Source of the DNA: Sedimentisphaerales bacterium
GTDB taxonomy: Bacteria > Planctomycetota > Phycisphaerae > Sedimentisphaerales > SM23-30
Assembly: GCA_963663805.2 (NCBI GenBank)
Contig: CAXXMR010000020.1
Span: 242,025-306,024, forward strand
Direction of reading: 5' to 3'
DNA length: 64,000 nucleotides
Made by a program: the position numbers and the translations under genes. Positions within the stretch are counted from its first letter, which is position 1. Each line of letters begins with the position of its first letter. The notes beneath the pieces are model-generated. The model did no database searches. It was not told where the DNA came from and saw only the letters and a list, made by a program, of their open reading frames with translations. Shown one piece after another: positions 8,901-18,847 of the stretch.

Positions 8901-10871
8901 ATGTTATCCAAATATCCATTTAAGTTAATAGCTCGTTACGCAGTGTTTATTATATTCGGCACTCTGCTGCTGACAACATCGCTGGGGGTATATGTTGCGC
9001 ACAGCAGTTACAGTATTGTCAAAAGCCGTCTGCATGACAATATTGAGATTCTGGCGGTATTGCCGGAATTGATGTATGAGTTTTACAATGAAAATGAAGT
9101 GTTTGTAGAGTTGTTCAATGAGCAGTCCCAGGCGGTGGAGCCTTGTCTGGCACATCTGGACAAAGTACAAAAGATATTAAATCGTCCGGCATTTTTGAGT
9201 GGGGAAAACGCGGGAATAAAACAGAATCTGGAACATTTACAGCGTCAGAGCCGGACGATGCTTTATCAGTATCAATCGGCGGATTTGAAGGATCCGACTC
9301 GTGATTACGGCAAGGAGACGTTGGGTTTGATAAAAGGGGTGATGAAGCAGTCAGAGGAACAGGCGATAGCATATTGCAATGAGGTGCATGAGAGGACCTA
9401 TCTGGCGTTGGAGTCGCTGACGAATAAGCTGCGTCTTTCGGAGATATATTTGGGGGTAATGCTAAGTGTGGGTCTGGTTTTGATAGTAAGTGTGGTTTTG
9501 CTGATGCGTCAGGCGTTGAATAAGCGTTTGCGGGCGATTATCGCGGCGGCTGATAATATTCGCAAGGGCAATACTAATTATCGTATCGATACTCCGTTTG
9601 ATGACGAGATGGGTCAGGTGGCGCGGAGCATTGATAATATGGCGGAGCGGATTCATGTTAAGGAAAATCAGCTATTGACGATTAATAAGAAGCTGAATGA
9701 ATCTTTGAAACTGGCTCAGCAGGCGGATTTGGCCAAGAGTCAGTTTTTGGCGAATATGAGCCATGAGATTCGCACGCCGATGAACGCGATAATGGGTTTC
9801 AGCAAGGTATTGTGCGGTGAAAAGCTGGATGAGGAGCAGCATAAATACGCGAATTTCATTCACAGTTCGGCCAAGAATCTGCTGACGCTGCTGAATGATA
9901 TTCTGGACATATCGAAGATTGAGGCGGGCAAACTTGAGATTGAGTTGATAGAAACTTCGCTGGAAGAGATTTTGTGTAATCTGGACTCGATAATGAGGCC
10001 TGCGGCGACTGATAAAGAGATAGAATTTAAGGTACTGCATCGCAATGCGATACCGGCAGAGATTATTTGTGACCCGACGCGTCTTTATCAGTGCCTGGTG
10101 AATCTGACGACCAATGCGATTAAGTTTACCGAGAGCGGTCATGTGTATGTCAAGGTTCGTTGTGAGGGTGATGACGCTGAGGCGAAGATTTATTTTGAGA
10201 TTGAGGATACGGGTATAGGTATTGAAGGTGATAAGATAGATACTGTTTTTGACACGTTCAGTCAGGCGGATAACAGTACGACTCGGAAATACGGCGGGAC
10301 GGGTCTGGGGCTGACAATTACACGTCAGTTGGTTGAAATGCTGGGCGGTAATATTTATGTGGAGAGCAAGCCGGGTACGGGTTCGACGTTTAGTTTTTAT
10401 GTGCCGGCTCGGGTCGATGTTGGTTCGGTAGAGAAACTTGGGGCGGAAAATACGGCTCGTTATCTGAAGGGTGGCACTGAAGATAAAATGGTTCGCTATG
10501 CCGGACATGTGCTGGTGGCGGAAGATAATTTCGCTAATCAGAAGCTCGTTGAGCTGCTGCTGCATCGGGCTGGTTTTGCGGTGACGATAGTTGATAATGG
10601 GCAGAAGGCGGTGGAAGCGGCATCGGCAAATGAATTCGATTTGATAATTATGGACATGCAGATGCCGGTTTTGAGCGGTTATGACGCGACTGGCCAGATA
10701 CGACAGGTTGATGAGAATATCCCGATTGTGGCATTGACAGCTAACGCGATGAGCGGCGATAGTGAGAAATGTATCGAAGCTGGCTGTAATGATTATATCG
10801 CTAAGCCGGTTGATATCGACAAGTTGCGGCCTGTGCTGGATAAATATTTTGAGCCGGCCGTGAGTGCTTGA
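8901..10871 (+). CDS. hybrid sensor histidine kinase (HAMP-HisKA-HATPase-REC)
   Basis: Two TM helices, FLANMSHEIRTP, GGTGLGL, MDMQMP receiver. Confidence 0.95.
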   Translation: MLSKYPFKLIARYAVFIIFGTLLLTTSLGVYVAHSSYSIVKSRLHDNIEILAVLPELMYEFYNENEVFVELFNEQSQAVEPCLAHLDKVQKILNRPAFLSGENAGIKQNLEHLQRQSRTMLYQYQSADLKDPTRDYGKETLGLIKGVMKQSEEQAIAYCNEVHERTYLALESLTNKLRLSEIYLGVMLSVGLVLIVSVVLLMRQALNKRLRAIIAAADNIRKGNTNYRIDTPFDDEMGQVARSIDNMAERIHVKENQLLTINKKLNESLKLAQQADLAKSQFLANMSHEIRTPMNAIMGFSKVLCGEKLDEEQHKYANFIHSSAKNLLTLLNDILDISKIEAGKLEIELIETSLEEILCNLDSIMRPAATDKEIEFKVLHRNAIPAEIICDPTRLYQCLVNLTTNAIKFTESGHVYVKVRCEGDDAEAKIYFEIEDTGIGIEGDKIDTVFDTFSQADNSTTRKYGGTGLGLTITRQLVEMLGGNIYVESKPGTGSTFSFYVPARVDVGSVEKLGAENTARYLKGGTEDKMVRYAGHVLVAEDNFANQKLVELLLHRAGFAVTIVDNGQKAVEAASANEFDLIIMDMQMPVLSGYDATGQIRQVDENIPIVALTANAMSGDSEKCIEAGCNDYIAKPVDIDKLRPVLDKYFEPAVSA

Positions 10872-10886
10872 TAGACCTTGGGGGGG

Positions 10887-11873
10887 TCAGGTTGTTGGGC
10901 TGCTGTTTTTGTAGATTGTTCGGACTACCTCTTCGAGGTCTGGTTCGTGGATAGAGACGTCCTGGGCGTTGCCGAGCTGGAGAAGTTGGGGGGTTGTTGC
11001 GGCGACCTGTTCTCGGGGGAGGCTGAAGGTGCAGGTTGGGCCTTGCCGGTGCTTGAGGAATGGCTGGAATTTTTCGGTGATGGTTACGGGGTGCTGGTAT
11101 TTAATTTCGATAGTCTTGTGGGTGGCGTAGGCAGACTTTAGTTTCTGGAGGGGCCCATCATAGATTATACTGCCGACGTTGATGAAAATGATACGTTGGC
11201 AGAGTTCTTCGATGTCGCCCATGTCGTGAGTGGTGAGGATGATGGTTACTTTTTCGTTCTGGTTGATGCGTCTGAGGAATTTTCGGATTTCCTGTTTGCT
11301 GACGGCGTCTAGTCCTATGGTTGGTTCGTCGAGGAATATTACGCGGGGCTGATGGAGTAGTGATGCGGCGATTTCGCAGCGCATACGTTGGCCGAGCGAG
11401 AGTTTGCGGACGGGGATGTGGAGCAGTTCCTCAAGTTCGAGCAGTTCGGTGAATTCGGCGAGGCGGCGCTGGAATTTTTTGCGGTCGAGTTCGTAAATGG
11501 CCTGGTAGAGCAGGAAGGAGTCGCGGACGGGGATGTCGTATTCGAGCAGGCTGCGTTGGCCGAAGACTACGCCGATGTTGTATGTGTAGCGGTAGCGGTC
11601 GCGGTTGGGGTCGAATCCCATGACGCGGATGGTGCCGGAGGTGGGGTAGATTATGCCGGTGAGGAGCTTTATGGTAGTTGATTTGCCGGCTCCGTTGGGG
11701 CCGATGTAGCCGATGAACTCGCCTTCATTGACGATGAAATTAATGTTGCAGAGAACGTCTATGTTCATTTTTTTGCGGTAGAAGATGCTCTTCCAGCCGG
11801 TTTGTCCCTTTACGGGGACGGAAAATGATTTGCTGACGTTGGTTACTTCGATTATGGGGCTGTTGGTGTCCAT
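10887..11873 (-). CDS. ABC transporter ATP-binding protein (ABC-2/DrrA-like)
   Basis: GPNGAGKST, LSLGQRMR, FLDEPT. Confidence 0.93.
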   Translation of the reverse strand: MDTNSPIIEVTNVSKSFSVPVKGQTGWKSIFYRKKMNIDVLCNINFIVNEGEFIGYIGPNGAGKSTTIKLLTGIIYPTSGTIRVMGFDPNRDRYRYTYNIGVVFGQRSLLEYDIPVRDSFLLYQAIYELDRKKFQRRLAEFTELLELEELLHIPVRKLSLGQRMRCEIAASLLHQPRVIFLDEPTIGLDAVSKQEIRKFLRRINQNEKVTIILTTHDMGDIEELCQRIIFINVGSIIYDGPLQKLKSAYATHKTIEIKYQHPVTITEKFQPFLKHRQGPTCTFSLPREQVAATTPQLLQLGNAQDVSIHEPDLEEVVRTIYKNSSPTT

Positions 11874-11913
11874 TTGGATTATGATAGGCTAAGGTTGGGT
11901 GATAGTGTTCGTA

Positions 11914-11937
11914 TCCGGCCGCTTACACGGCTCGGCT
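11914..11937 (+). repeat. REP-like hairpin
   Basis: TCCGGCCGCTTACACGGCTCGGCT, same family as 7455 and 32449. Confidence 0.6.
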
Positions 11938-11973
11938 TGTGTTGTTGGTTTGGTTGGACGTGATGGTTGGTGG

Positions 11974-12933
11974 TTAATCATTCCGTTTGGGTTCGGGCCA
12001 GAAGCGGAGCATTAGTATGCCTATTTCGTAGAGGATGTACATGGGGGCGGCCAGGGCTATTTGGGAGATTACGTCGGGTGGGGTCATGGCCGCGGCGATG
12101 ATTACCATGGCCAGTACGATGTATTTGCGGATGCTCTGGAAGGTTTTTATGCTGACCAGGCGGAGTTTACCGAGAATGAAAACCACCAATGGCACCTGGA
12201 AGGCTAGACTAAATGCCAGGGCGAGAATCAGTACCAGTGAAATGTATTGCTGGAGGGTGAAGAGTGGTTTGATAAACGGTTTTTTGATTTCCACCTTTGG
12301 TTCAGAGGCAGGGATTTGTTCGATGTTTTCTGTTTGGGCTTGAGTGTCGGTGGTTGTGGGCTGATAGTCGGTTTGTTCAGGCTGGACGGTTTCGATGATG
12401 GGGGTTTCCAGCATGGCTTTGTTGATGGCGCGGGTGATGAAGGTTTCCTGAATTGCGGGGGCTTGCCATTTGCTGCAGAAGGTGATAAAGAAATTAAACG
12501 AGAGAGGAGCAACTACGGTTACAAAGAAGGTGCCGCCGAGAATGAACAGAAACGCGGAAAAAGGCACGAAAACATGTACCATTTTTTTTTCGTGGTCGTA
12601 GAGCCCCGCTGCGATGAAGGACCAGAGCTGATAGAATATCCAGGGCGAGGCAAAGAAGATGGCACTATAGACCGAGACGCGGATGTAGGTGATGAATCCT
12701 TCGGTGAGCGATGAGACGTAGAGCTGGGAGTCCTGGCCGGTGGCTTTGAGGGCGATGAGCAGGGGCTGGGCGAGGAAAGCGAGGATGTCGCTGCCGAAAA
12801 TAAGGCAGACTACCAGGGCGATGAGGAAGCCGTAGATGGATTTGAGCAGGCGGCTGCGGAGTTCGTCGATATGTTCGCCAAAGCTCATTTTGCTGTTGTC
12901 CAGCTCTGTTTTTTTTGATTTTTCATCGGTCAT
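11974..12933 (-). CDS. tatC: twin-arginine translocase subunit TatC
   Basis: MSFGEHIDELRSRL, FYQLWSFIAAGLYDHEK, TPPDVISQ; long polar periplasmic insert. Confidence 0.95.
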   Translation of the reverse strand: MTDEKSKKTELDNSKMSFGEHIDELRSRLLKSIYGFLIALVVCLIFGSDILAFLAQPLLIALKATGQDSQLYVSSLTEGFITYIRVSVYSAIFFASPWIFYQLWSFIAAGLYDHEKKMVHVFVPFSAFLFILGGTFFVTVVAPLSFNFFITFCSKWQAPAIQETFITRAINKAMLETPIIETVQPEQTDYQPTTTDTQAQTENIEQIPASEPKVEIKKPFIKPLFTLQQYISLVLILALAFSLAFQVPLVVFILGKLRLVSIKTFQSIRKYIVLAMVIIAAAMTPPDVISQIALAAPMYILYEIGILMLRFWPEPKRND

Positions 12934-12959
12934 GGCGGCATTATAACACCAATTTCAGT

Positions 12960-13020
12960 CCAGATAAACTGGAAATTCCCAGCCCTAGAATTTAAATCCC
13001 AAATAATATCGAAACAAAAA
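12960..13020 (+). repeat. dispersed intergenic repeat, copy 2 (partial)
   Basis: CCAGATAAACTGGAA followed by degenerate heptamers. Confidence 0.7.
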
Positions 13021-13080
13021 ACTATGTAGGCGTTCACTGTCGTTTCTTTTTTTCCTTCGGGTTTTTTCAGAAAGGTGTTT

Positions 13081-13743
13081 CTATAAATATTTTAGGATTA
13101 CTACCCCGCCGATGAGCAACGCCATAAACAGCAGGCAGAGCCAGTTGAAATATTTTTCGATATATGGTTTGATGCCGGGGCCGTATTTTCCGAAGAGACC
13201 GGCGACGAGGAAGAATCTCGCTGAGCGGCTGACCGCGGCGGCTATCAGAAACATTACGAAGTTGATTTTGGCTACTCCGGCGGTGATGGTGCAGACCTTG
13301 AACGGCAGGGGGGTAAATCCGCAGGTGAAGACCACCCAGAAATCCCATTTTTCGTAGGCTTGTGAGAACTTCTGGAAATTTTCAGGCGTGATTTTCGCCC
13401 AGGCCATATTTGCCAGCACCCATTCTCCGATTTGTTCCCAGAGGAACATTCCGACCATATACCCCATCACTCCGCCCAATACCGATGCTATGGAACAGAA
13501 CAAAGCGAACCGAAACCATTTCTTAGGCTGTCCCAAAGTCAGCGGTGCCAGCAGCACATCGGGCGGGACGGGGAAAAATGATGACTCGGCGAATGAAAGC
13601 AGAAACAGGGCCCAGATTCCATATCGCGTATCTGCCCAGTGCAGAACCCAGTCATAAAGCCGGCGATGTAAGTGCCACCAGGCCACTGTATGGGAACTAT
13701 CATTTTTAGCCAGAGAATCGGAAGTTTGCACATCAATACTCAT
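13081..13743 (-). CDS. YqaA/DedA (VTT) family membrane protein
   Basis: SFAESSFFPVPPD and FTPLPFKV motifs; start moved to ATG 13743 to avoid overlap. Confidence 0.9.
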   Translation of the reverse strand: MSIDVQTSDSLAKNDSSHTVAWWHLHRRLYDWVLHWADTRYGIWALFLLSFAESSFFPVPPDVLLAPLTLGQPKKWFRFALFCSIASVLGGVMGYMVGMFLWEQIGEWVLANMAWAKITPENFQKFSQAYEKWDFWVVFTCGFTPLPFKVCTITAGVAKINFVMFLIAAAVSRSARFFLVAGLFGKYGPGIKPYIEKYFNWLCLLFMALLIGGVVILKYL

Positions 13744-13810
13744 AAAATATTTTCCCTCGTCAGATTCTTGTGTATACGTAAGCGTTTCGGTTGTCACCAA
13801 CTGTTTTTTA

Positions 13811-16318
13811 TCAGTTTGCCAGTTGTAAATCCTCAATTTTCAAGATTTCGTTTTTCTTAATATCGCGGGCGGCTTTATTTCCGATGACGGTGCCAATCTC
13901 ATCAGCCGGTATTCCCGTTCCCGGCCTTTTGATTTTGAGCAGGTTTCGTTCGATAGTTGTGCCGGCTTTGATGTCTGTCGCCGCGACTACCGAGCCTCGT
14001 ACAACCTTTCGTACCGCCCATTCTTCGGGCAGGATTTTCTTTTCGCCGCTGCCGCAAGCGGTATCAGCCATCCGCGTCAGACGAACATATTCCGCCAACT
14101 CGCCCGGTTCGAGGCTGGCCCGATGGTCAGGCCCAGTCATGTTCTTGTCCAGCGTGAAATGTTTTTCCAAAATCACCGCACCGGCCGCTGCCGCTAGCGC
14201 CCCGGTAATTACTTCTTGCGTATGGTCAGAAAACCCCGACAGGCAACCGGTGGTCTTGGCAAGTTTGCGGATAACATTAAGGTTGGCTTGTTCCAGCGGT
14301 GTGGGATACATGCTTACGCAATGCAATATTGCGATGTTTGAGGCCCCTGATTTTCGCAGGCGGTTTGTCGCTTGAACAGCTTCGGTGGTTTCGGCCATGC
14401 CGGTCGATAGTATAACCGGCAGATGGGTATTGCCAATTGCGGTTAATAAATCCAGGTCGTTGAGATTGCCCGAACCGATTTTGAAGCTGTTTACGCCTAA
14501 ATCGAGGAGTTTTTTTACCCATTCCACGGAAAAGGGTGTAGCCAGAAAATCGATGCCGACCTGGGTACACTTTTCTTTTATTTTGCCCAGTTCGTCGGCG
14601 TTCAGTTCCAGTTTTTTGAGCATATCATACTGATTTTCTTCAGCGGCATCCTGTTTTTGATACTCCGCCTTGGGTGCGTCTGGCGTAGTAAGCTCCTCGG
14701 CACTGAAAGCCTGAAACTTCACACAATCGGCCCCGGCCCGATGGGCCTGCTCCACCATTTCCAGTGCAGTTGCAACATCACCGTTATGATTAACCCCGGC
14801 CTCCGCGATTATATAAGGCCGCCGCGCACCGCCGACCCAACCCGGCAGTTCAACCAATTCCCGCTCCGCCGCTTCACCCTTTTTGCCCTCATTAAAACCA
14901 TGCCGGGCCCGATGAGCCTGCATCGCCGGGTCCGCCATCTGAAGTTTACCCTTCCAGAAAAGCTCTTCGCCGTACAATTCACGTTCTTCTGCCTCTGCTT
15001 CTGCCGTCGTCGGCCCGTGATAATTCTCCGCCGCCGATGCCAGCGCCTCGGCACGCAGCCGAAAAAGCTCCTCGTCGCTCATATCGGTAAGATTCACCGC
15101 CAGGTCAACCGCGTCCCCCATTTTAAGGACCAATTCTTCTTCGTCAGCGAACTTGTCTTTGACCTCGTCATAAAGTGCCGTCCCCGGATACGGACAGGTA
15201 AACATCAAAGCCGACAACGGTATATCCATCTCCTGGCAAAACGTCACCGTTTCCGCCACTGTTTCAGGTGTCTCACCCGGATAGCCTATCATAAAACTGA
15301 CCGGACAGCGCATCTTAGCTGCCCGCGTATTGCGAATCGCTTCCCGCGTCTGGTCCAGAGAAACCGCCTTACCCATCGCGTTCAGAATCTTCTGCGACCC
15401 GCTTTCCACGCCATAGCTTACCGAAATACACCCGCTGGCCCTCATCCGCTTGAGCATGTCGGCGTCACAAACCGTCACCCGGCCGGTACAGCTCCAGCGC
15501 ATTCCCTGCAAAATTCGGCTGGCGTCGATAAGGTCGCAGATTTCGTAAACACGTTTTTTGTCGATGACGAAACAGTCATCCTGAAAGCTCACGAAATCAA
15601 TATCGTAGACGCGTTTTAGCGCCTTCATCTCATCGACAACGTGGGCGGCACTGCGGGCGCGGTAGCGGCGACCGAAAAAATGATAGCAATAGCGGCAGCC
15701 GAACGGACAGCCGCGCGAACTGATAATATCAATATCTTTGCCTACGCCCACGACAGGGTTGGTCAGATATACATCCATGGGAAATCTGTCCCAGGCTGGG
15801 TAAGGCAGTTCGTCGAGGTTAGCTATCAGTTCCCGCGGCGGGGTATAGTGTATTTCATTATCGCACAGATAGGCCAGGCCTTTGATAGGGCTTAAATCGC
15901 GGTTTGTTTTCAGGGCCGACAGCAGCTCAACTATGGTGCGTTCGCCTTCGCCCATTACGACCACGTCCGGTTTGAGCTTGCGTAAAGCGGTTTCGGCGAT
16001 ACTAACCGCCAGCGAACCGCCCATCACGATTTTAACACCCGGCAGCGTCTGGCGAATCCGGGGCATAATACTTTTAACCCAGCCGTAAGTGGTAATCAGC
16101 CCGCCGATACCGATGACCGGGGCGTTATATTCCACGAGCTTTTCCAGCACCTCATTTTCGCTGAGACGCAGACCGTTGACATCTATCATCCCGACGCGAA
16201 AGCCCGCATTGCGCAGCACCGCGGCGAGAATACCAATGCCGGTCGGAAAATTCCGCGGCCTGTCCCACACGCGAATAGGCGGAAACACCAGAACAATATC
16301 GTAACTTTTACCAGCCAT
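13811..16318 (-). CDS. B12-binding radical SAM domain fused to NeuB-family nonulosonic acid synthase (with SAF domain)
   Basis: N-terminal cobalamin-binding region, SRGCPFGCRYC; C-terminal IIAEAGVNHNGD, VKFQ, LHCVSMYP, GFSDHT, EKHFTLD, KRPGTGI. Confidence 0.88.
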   Translation of the reverse strand: MAGKSYDIVLVFPPIRVWDRPRNFPTGIGILAAVLRNAGFRVGMIDVNGLRLSENEVLEKLVEYNAPVIGIGGLITTYGWVKSIMPRIRQTLPGVKIVMGGSLAVSIAETALRKLKPDVVVMGEGERTIVELLSALKTNRDLSPIKGLAYLCDNEIHYTPPRELIANLDELPYPAWDRFPMDVYLTNPVVGVGKDIDIISSRGCPFGCRYCYHFFGRRYRARSAAHVVDEMKALKRVYDIDFVSFQDDCFVIDKKRVYEICDLIDASRILQGMRWSCTGRVTVCDADMLKRMRASGCISVSYGVESGSQKILNAMGKAVSLDQTREAIRNTRAAKMRCPVSFMIGYPGETPETVAETVTFCQEMDIPLSALMFTCPYPGTALYDEVKDKFADEEELVLKMGDAVDLAVNLTDMSDEELFRLRAEALASAAENYHGPTTAEAEAEERELYGEELFWKGKLQMADPAMQAHRARHGFNEGKKGEAAERELVELPGWVGGARRPYIIAEAGVNHNGDVATALEMVEQAHRAGADCVKFQAFSAEELTTPDAPKAEYQKQDAAEENQYDMLKKLELNADELGKIKEKCTQVGIDFLATPFSVEWVKKLLDLGVNSFKIGSGNLNDLDLLTAIGNTHLPVILSTGMAETTEAVQATNRLRKSGASNIAILHCVSMYPTPLEQANLNVIRKLAKTTGCLSGFSDHTQEVITGALAAAAGAVILEKHFTLDKNMTGPDHRASLEPGELAEYVRLTRMADTACGSGEKKILPEEWAVRKVVRGSVVAATDIKAGTTIERNLLKIKRPGTGIPADEIGTVIGNKAARDIKKNEILKIEDLQLAN

Positions 16319-16333
16319 CTTTTTAACCTTCGT

Positions 16334-17053
16334 TCAACTGTTAGCGGATTTGCGAATTTCCAATACGGCTTCTGCCATACGAAAATCACGCGGGCTGTCA
16401 ATATCAACCGTTTCTGATGCGTCCTGAATCAACCCCTGCCGTTTCTTCCCCCAGAATGCGTGAGGATTGCCCGCCCCTTTTGCCGCCATCAGGCATTCTG
16501 TACGTACCACGCCCACCGCGCCGTCGATAGCATACAAAGGCGGCAAATCCTGACGACGGAAAATCTCATTATCAATGTATTTATTCATCTGACCATCCTC
16601 AATCTGATAAAGCCAGTAAGGATGATATTTTCCTACATCCGCCAGCGTCTGCACTGAGTCAGCCCCGCTGGCAAACAGCATCTCGACCGCCCGGTCGATA
16701 ACTCCCTCAGCCCGAACAGGCACATTAGCGTACAACAACGCCACTGCGTCAGGCCGATAGCTGTCCTTCTCCTCCAGTTCCCGCACGACCTGCCGCATAA
16801 CATCATCTATCCGGGCTGAATCACTGCCCAGCTCCCCGGGCCGCTCCAGAAATTTCACTTGATAATCAGCGCTAATCTGCCTGGCTTCATCCGCGTCACT
16901 GCTGACCACAATTTTATCCACCAGCCGCGCCGCCTGGGCCGCCAATATACTGTAAGCGATAACAGGTTTGCCGCTCAAATCACGAAAATTCTTGCCCGGC
17001 ACCCCCCGACTACCCTTCCGCGCCGGTATTATCGCCAAAACCCGATTACTCAT
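16334..17053 (-). CDS. acylneuraminate cytidylyltransferase (NeuA/LegF/PseF family)
   Basis: IIPARKGSRGVPGKN, RRQDLP, VDIDSPRDF. Confidence 0.93.
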   Translation of the reverse strand: MSNRVLAIIPARKGSRGVPGKNFRDLSGKPVIAYSILAAQAARLVDKIVVSSDADEARQISADYQVKFLERPGELGSDSARIDDVMRQVVRELEEKDSYRPDAVALLYANVPVRAEGVIDRAVEMLFASGADSVQTLADVGKYHPYWLYQIEDGQMNKYIDNEIFRRQDLPPLYAIDGAVGVVRTECLMAAKGAGNPHAFWGKKRQGLIQDASETVDIDSPRDFRMAEAVLEIRKSANS

Positions 17054-17061
17054 AAAACCAT

Positions 17062-17160
17062 CCTAAGCCAGATAAACTGGAAGTCATAAACACTAAATCC
17101 TAAACAACAACAAAAATATTTAACCGCGGATTACACGGATTTCGCGGATTTTTAACGGCA
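17062..17160 (+). repeat. dispersed intergenic repeat, copy 3 (fullest)
   Basis: CCTAAGCCAGATAAACTGG, heptamers AAGTCAT/AAACACT/AAATCCT, three 9-mer CRCGGATT units, TAACGGCA. Confidence 0.85.
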
Positions 17161-17254
17161 ACTAATTTAATTATGTGCACGCTGTTCCGGGAATATCGTT
17201 ACCATTTTGCGCAAGATTTCATTTGTAAAAAACTAATATTCCCATACATCTATC

Positions 17255-18847
17255 CTACCTGTGCCATTCCTTACAATTCGTACAATGTCCCTGTTCCGAA
17301 AATCTACCCGCAAGCTGCTCCCCACGCAACCGTTCAAGTTCAGAACATTTCCACAGCTCATCAATGCTCTGCTCAAATACATTGCCCACCACGCAGCTGC
17401 CCTTATAATCCTGCCCGCATCTCACCACCGACCCATCACAAAGAATCGTCAGTTGACTAATCAACTTCCGGCAAACGTACCGCTGGGGCGGACACATATT
17501 CATAACCGCGCGGTCACGCACCTGGCCGCAATAATCATTGAAGCCGATAAGCAAGGCCCCGCCGCTTTTTCTCAGCCAGTAATCGTAAAACTCCTCCATC
17601 CTGCCCATACTGCCTATCGTCTTGGTCAACCCCGCCACCAGCCGCGGTCCTGTGAAGCCTGCCAAATCCACAAAATTTCGAGCGTTTTCTATTGCCCGCT
17701 CATCGTCGGCGTCCAGCCAGACCGTCACAACATCCACGCCGGCGGCAATTAAATTCTCTGCCATCCGCCCATCCAACCTTAGCCCGTCAGACTCTATATT
17801 TACGCCGTAAATACCTCTCTGGTGGGCGATTTTCGCAAACTCAATAATTGATTCATGTGCCAGCGGTTCACCCATACCGGCGATTGTCAGGCAAATATCA
17901 TCGCACTTTTGCCCCATCTGTCCAACGATATGTTCAAACCGTTCTTTCGTTATCGCCGGCCGCTTTTCCGTCATTTCCGCGAACGGTGAACCTTCAACCC
18001 GCAAACTTGCGGCGGTGTTAATTTCCAACTCAATTTCGCGCGGCCAATCTTCGGTTTCACTCAACAGTTTTTCCATTTGCTCAACCGCCGCCGCTGTATC
18101 CAGCTGCTCACCACCGTTGTCGATTACCTTCTCCAGTAAGCTAAAACAACGCTGCGTATCCGCAATATAACGCATTTGTGACTGACGAACCGCCGCTTCA
18201 ACATTGAACACGCCGTCACTGCCCAGAAAATCCGCCTGCGGCATATCCGGTCGATACGCCAGCGAAGCGCCCGCCGTTGTATTACCCGCCACCATATCAT
18301 AGAGCATATCTATCCGATACGCACAACCGACCAGACCCGGTGCCGCCGCCGAAAATGTAAACCGCAATTCCTCTACACATTTCTTATGATGACCAACCAT
18401 TCCGCCGGTTAGTTCAATATCCAGCAGCACCGCTTCAGCCGCGACCCAGACAATCGAATAAGCATCCCGCCCCTGCAAATGCTCCACGATTTCCTTACTG
18501 AACATCTGCTCATCAAAATACATCGCTTCACCGATGCCGCCCCGCCAACTGTGCAATGACCATTTACGCCAGCGAACCGCCGGACTAATGCCAAACTCAT
18601 CCCTCAAGCCCACAACTTCCACTGCCAAACCCGCCAGTATATTAGATACTTTCCCCGCCTGCGCTATGGGTGCGAAAACGATAACCTCATCCAGTCCCTT
18701 AACCCGGCTAAATCGCTCTACGGTCCGCCTTAACACCGGTTTACCCGCTAAATCGTCCGCCTGCCGCGAACGCAGACCCAACGTGCCGCGTTCAAGGTTG
18801 GCAATGATTATCCCCACGGTTTTACGTTTGTCTTCAGTCAACGGCAT
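17255..18847 (-). CDS. spiro-SPASM-like protein: cytidylyltransferase-like N-terminus + degenerate radical SAM + SPASM
   Basis: DLAGKPVLRRTVER (SpsF/KdsB-like), GMGEPLAH, C-terminal C..C..CxxC SPASM cysteines; CxxxCxxC absent; ATG 18847 overlaps the maf-like stop. Confidence 0.75.
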   Translation of the reverse strand: MPLTEDKRKTVGIIIANLERGTLGLRSRQADDLAGKPVLRRTVERFSRVKGLDEVIVFAPIAQAGKVSNILAGLAVEVVGLRDEFGISPAVRWRKWSLHSWRGGIGEAMYFDEQMFSKEIVEHLQGRDAYSIVWVAAEAVLLDIELTGGMVGHHKKCVEELRFTFSAAAPGLVGCAYRIDMLYDMVAGNTTAGASLAYRPDMPQADFLGSDGVFNVEAAVRQSQMRYIADTQRCFSLLEKVIDNGGEQLDTAAAVEQMEKLLSETEDWPREIELEINTAASLRVEGSPFAEMTEKRPAITKERFEHIVGQMGQKCDDICLTIAGMGEPLAHESIIEFAKIAHQRGIYGVNIESDGLRLDGRMAENLIAAGVDVVTVWLDADDERAIENARNFVDLAGFTGPRLVAGLTKTIGSMGRMEEFYDYWLRKSGGALLIGFNDYCGQVRDRAVMNMCPPQRYVCRKLISQLTILCDGSVVRCGQDYKGSCVVGNVFEQSIDELWKCSELERLRGEQLAGRFSEQGHCTNCKEWHR

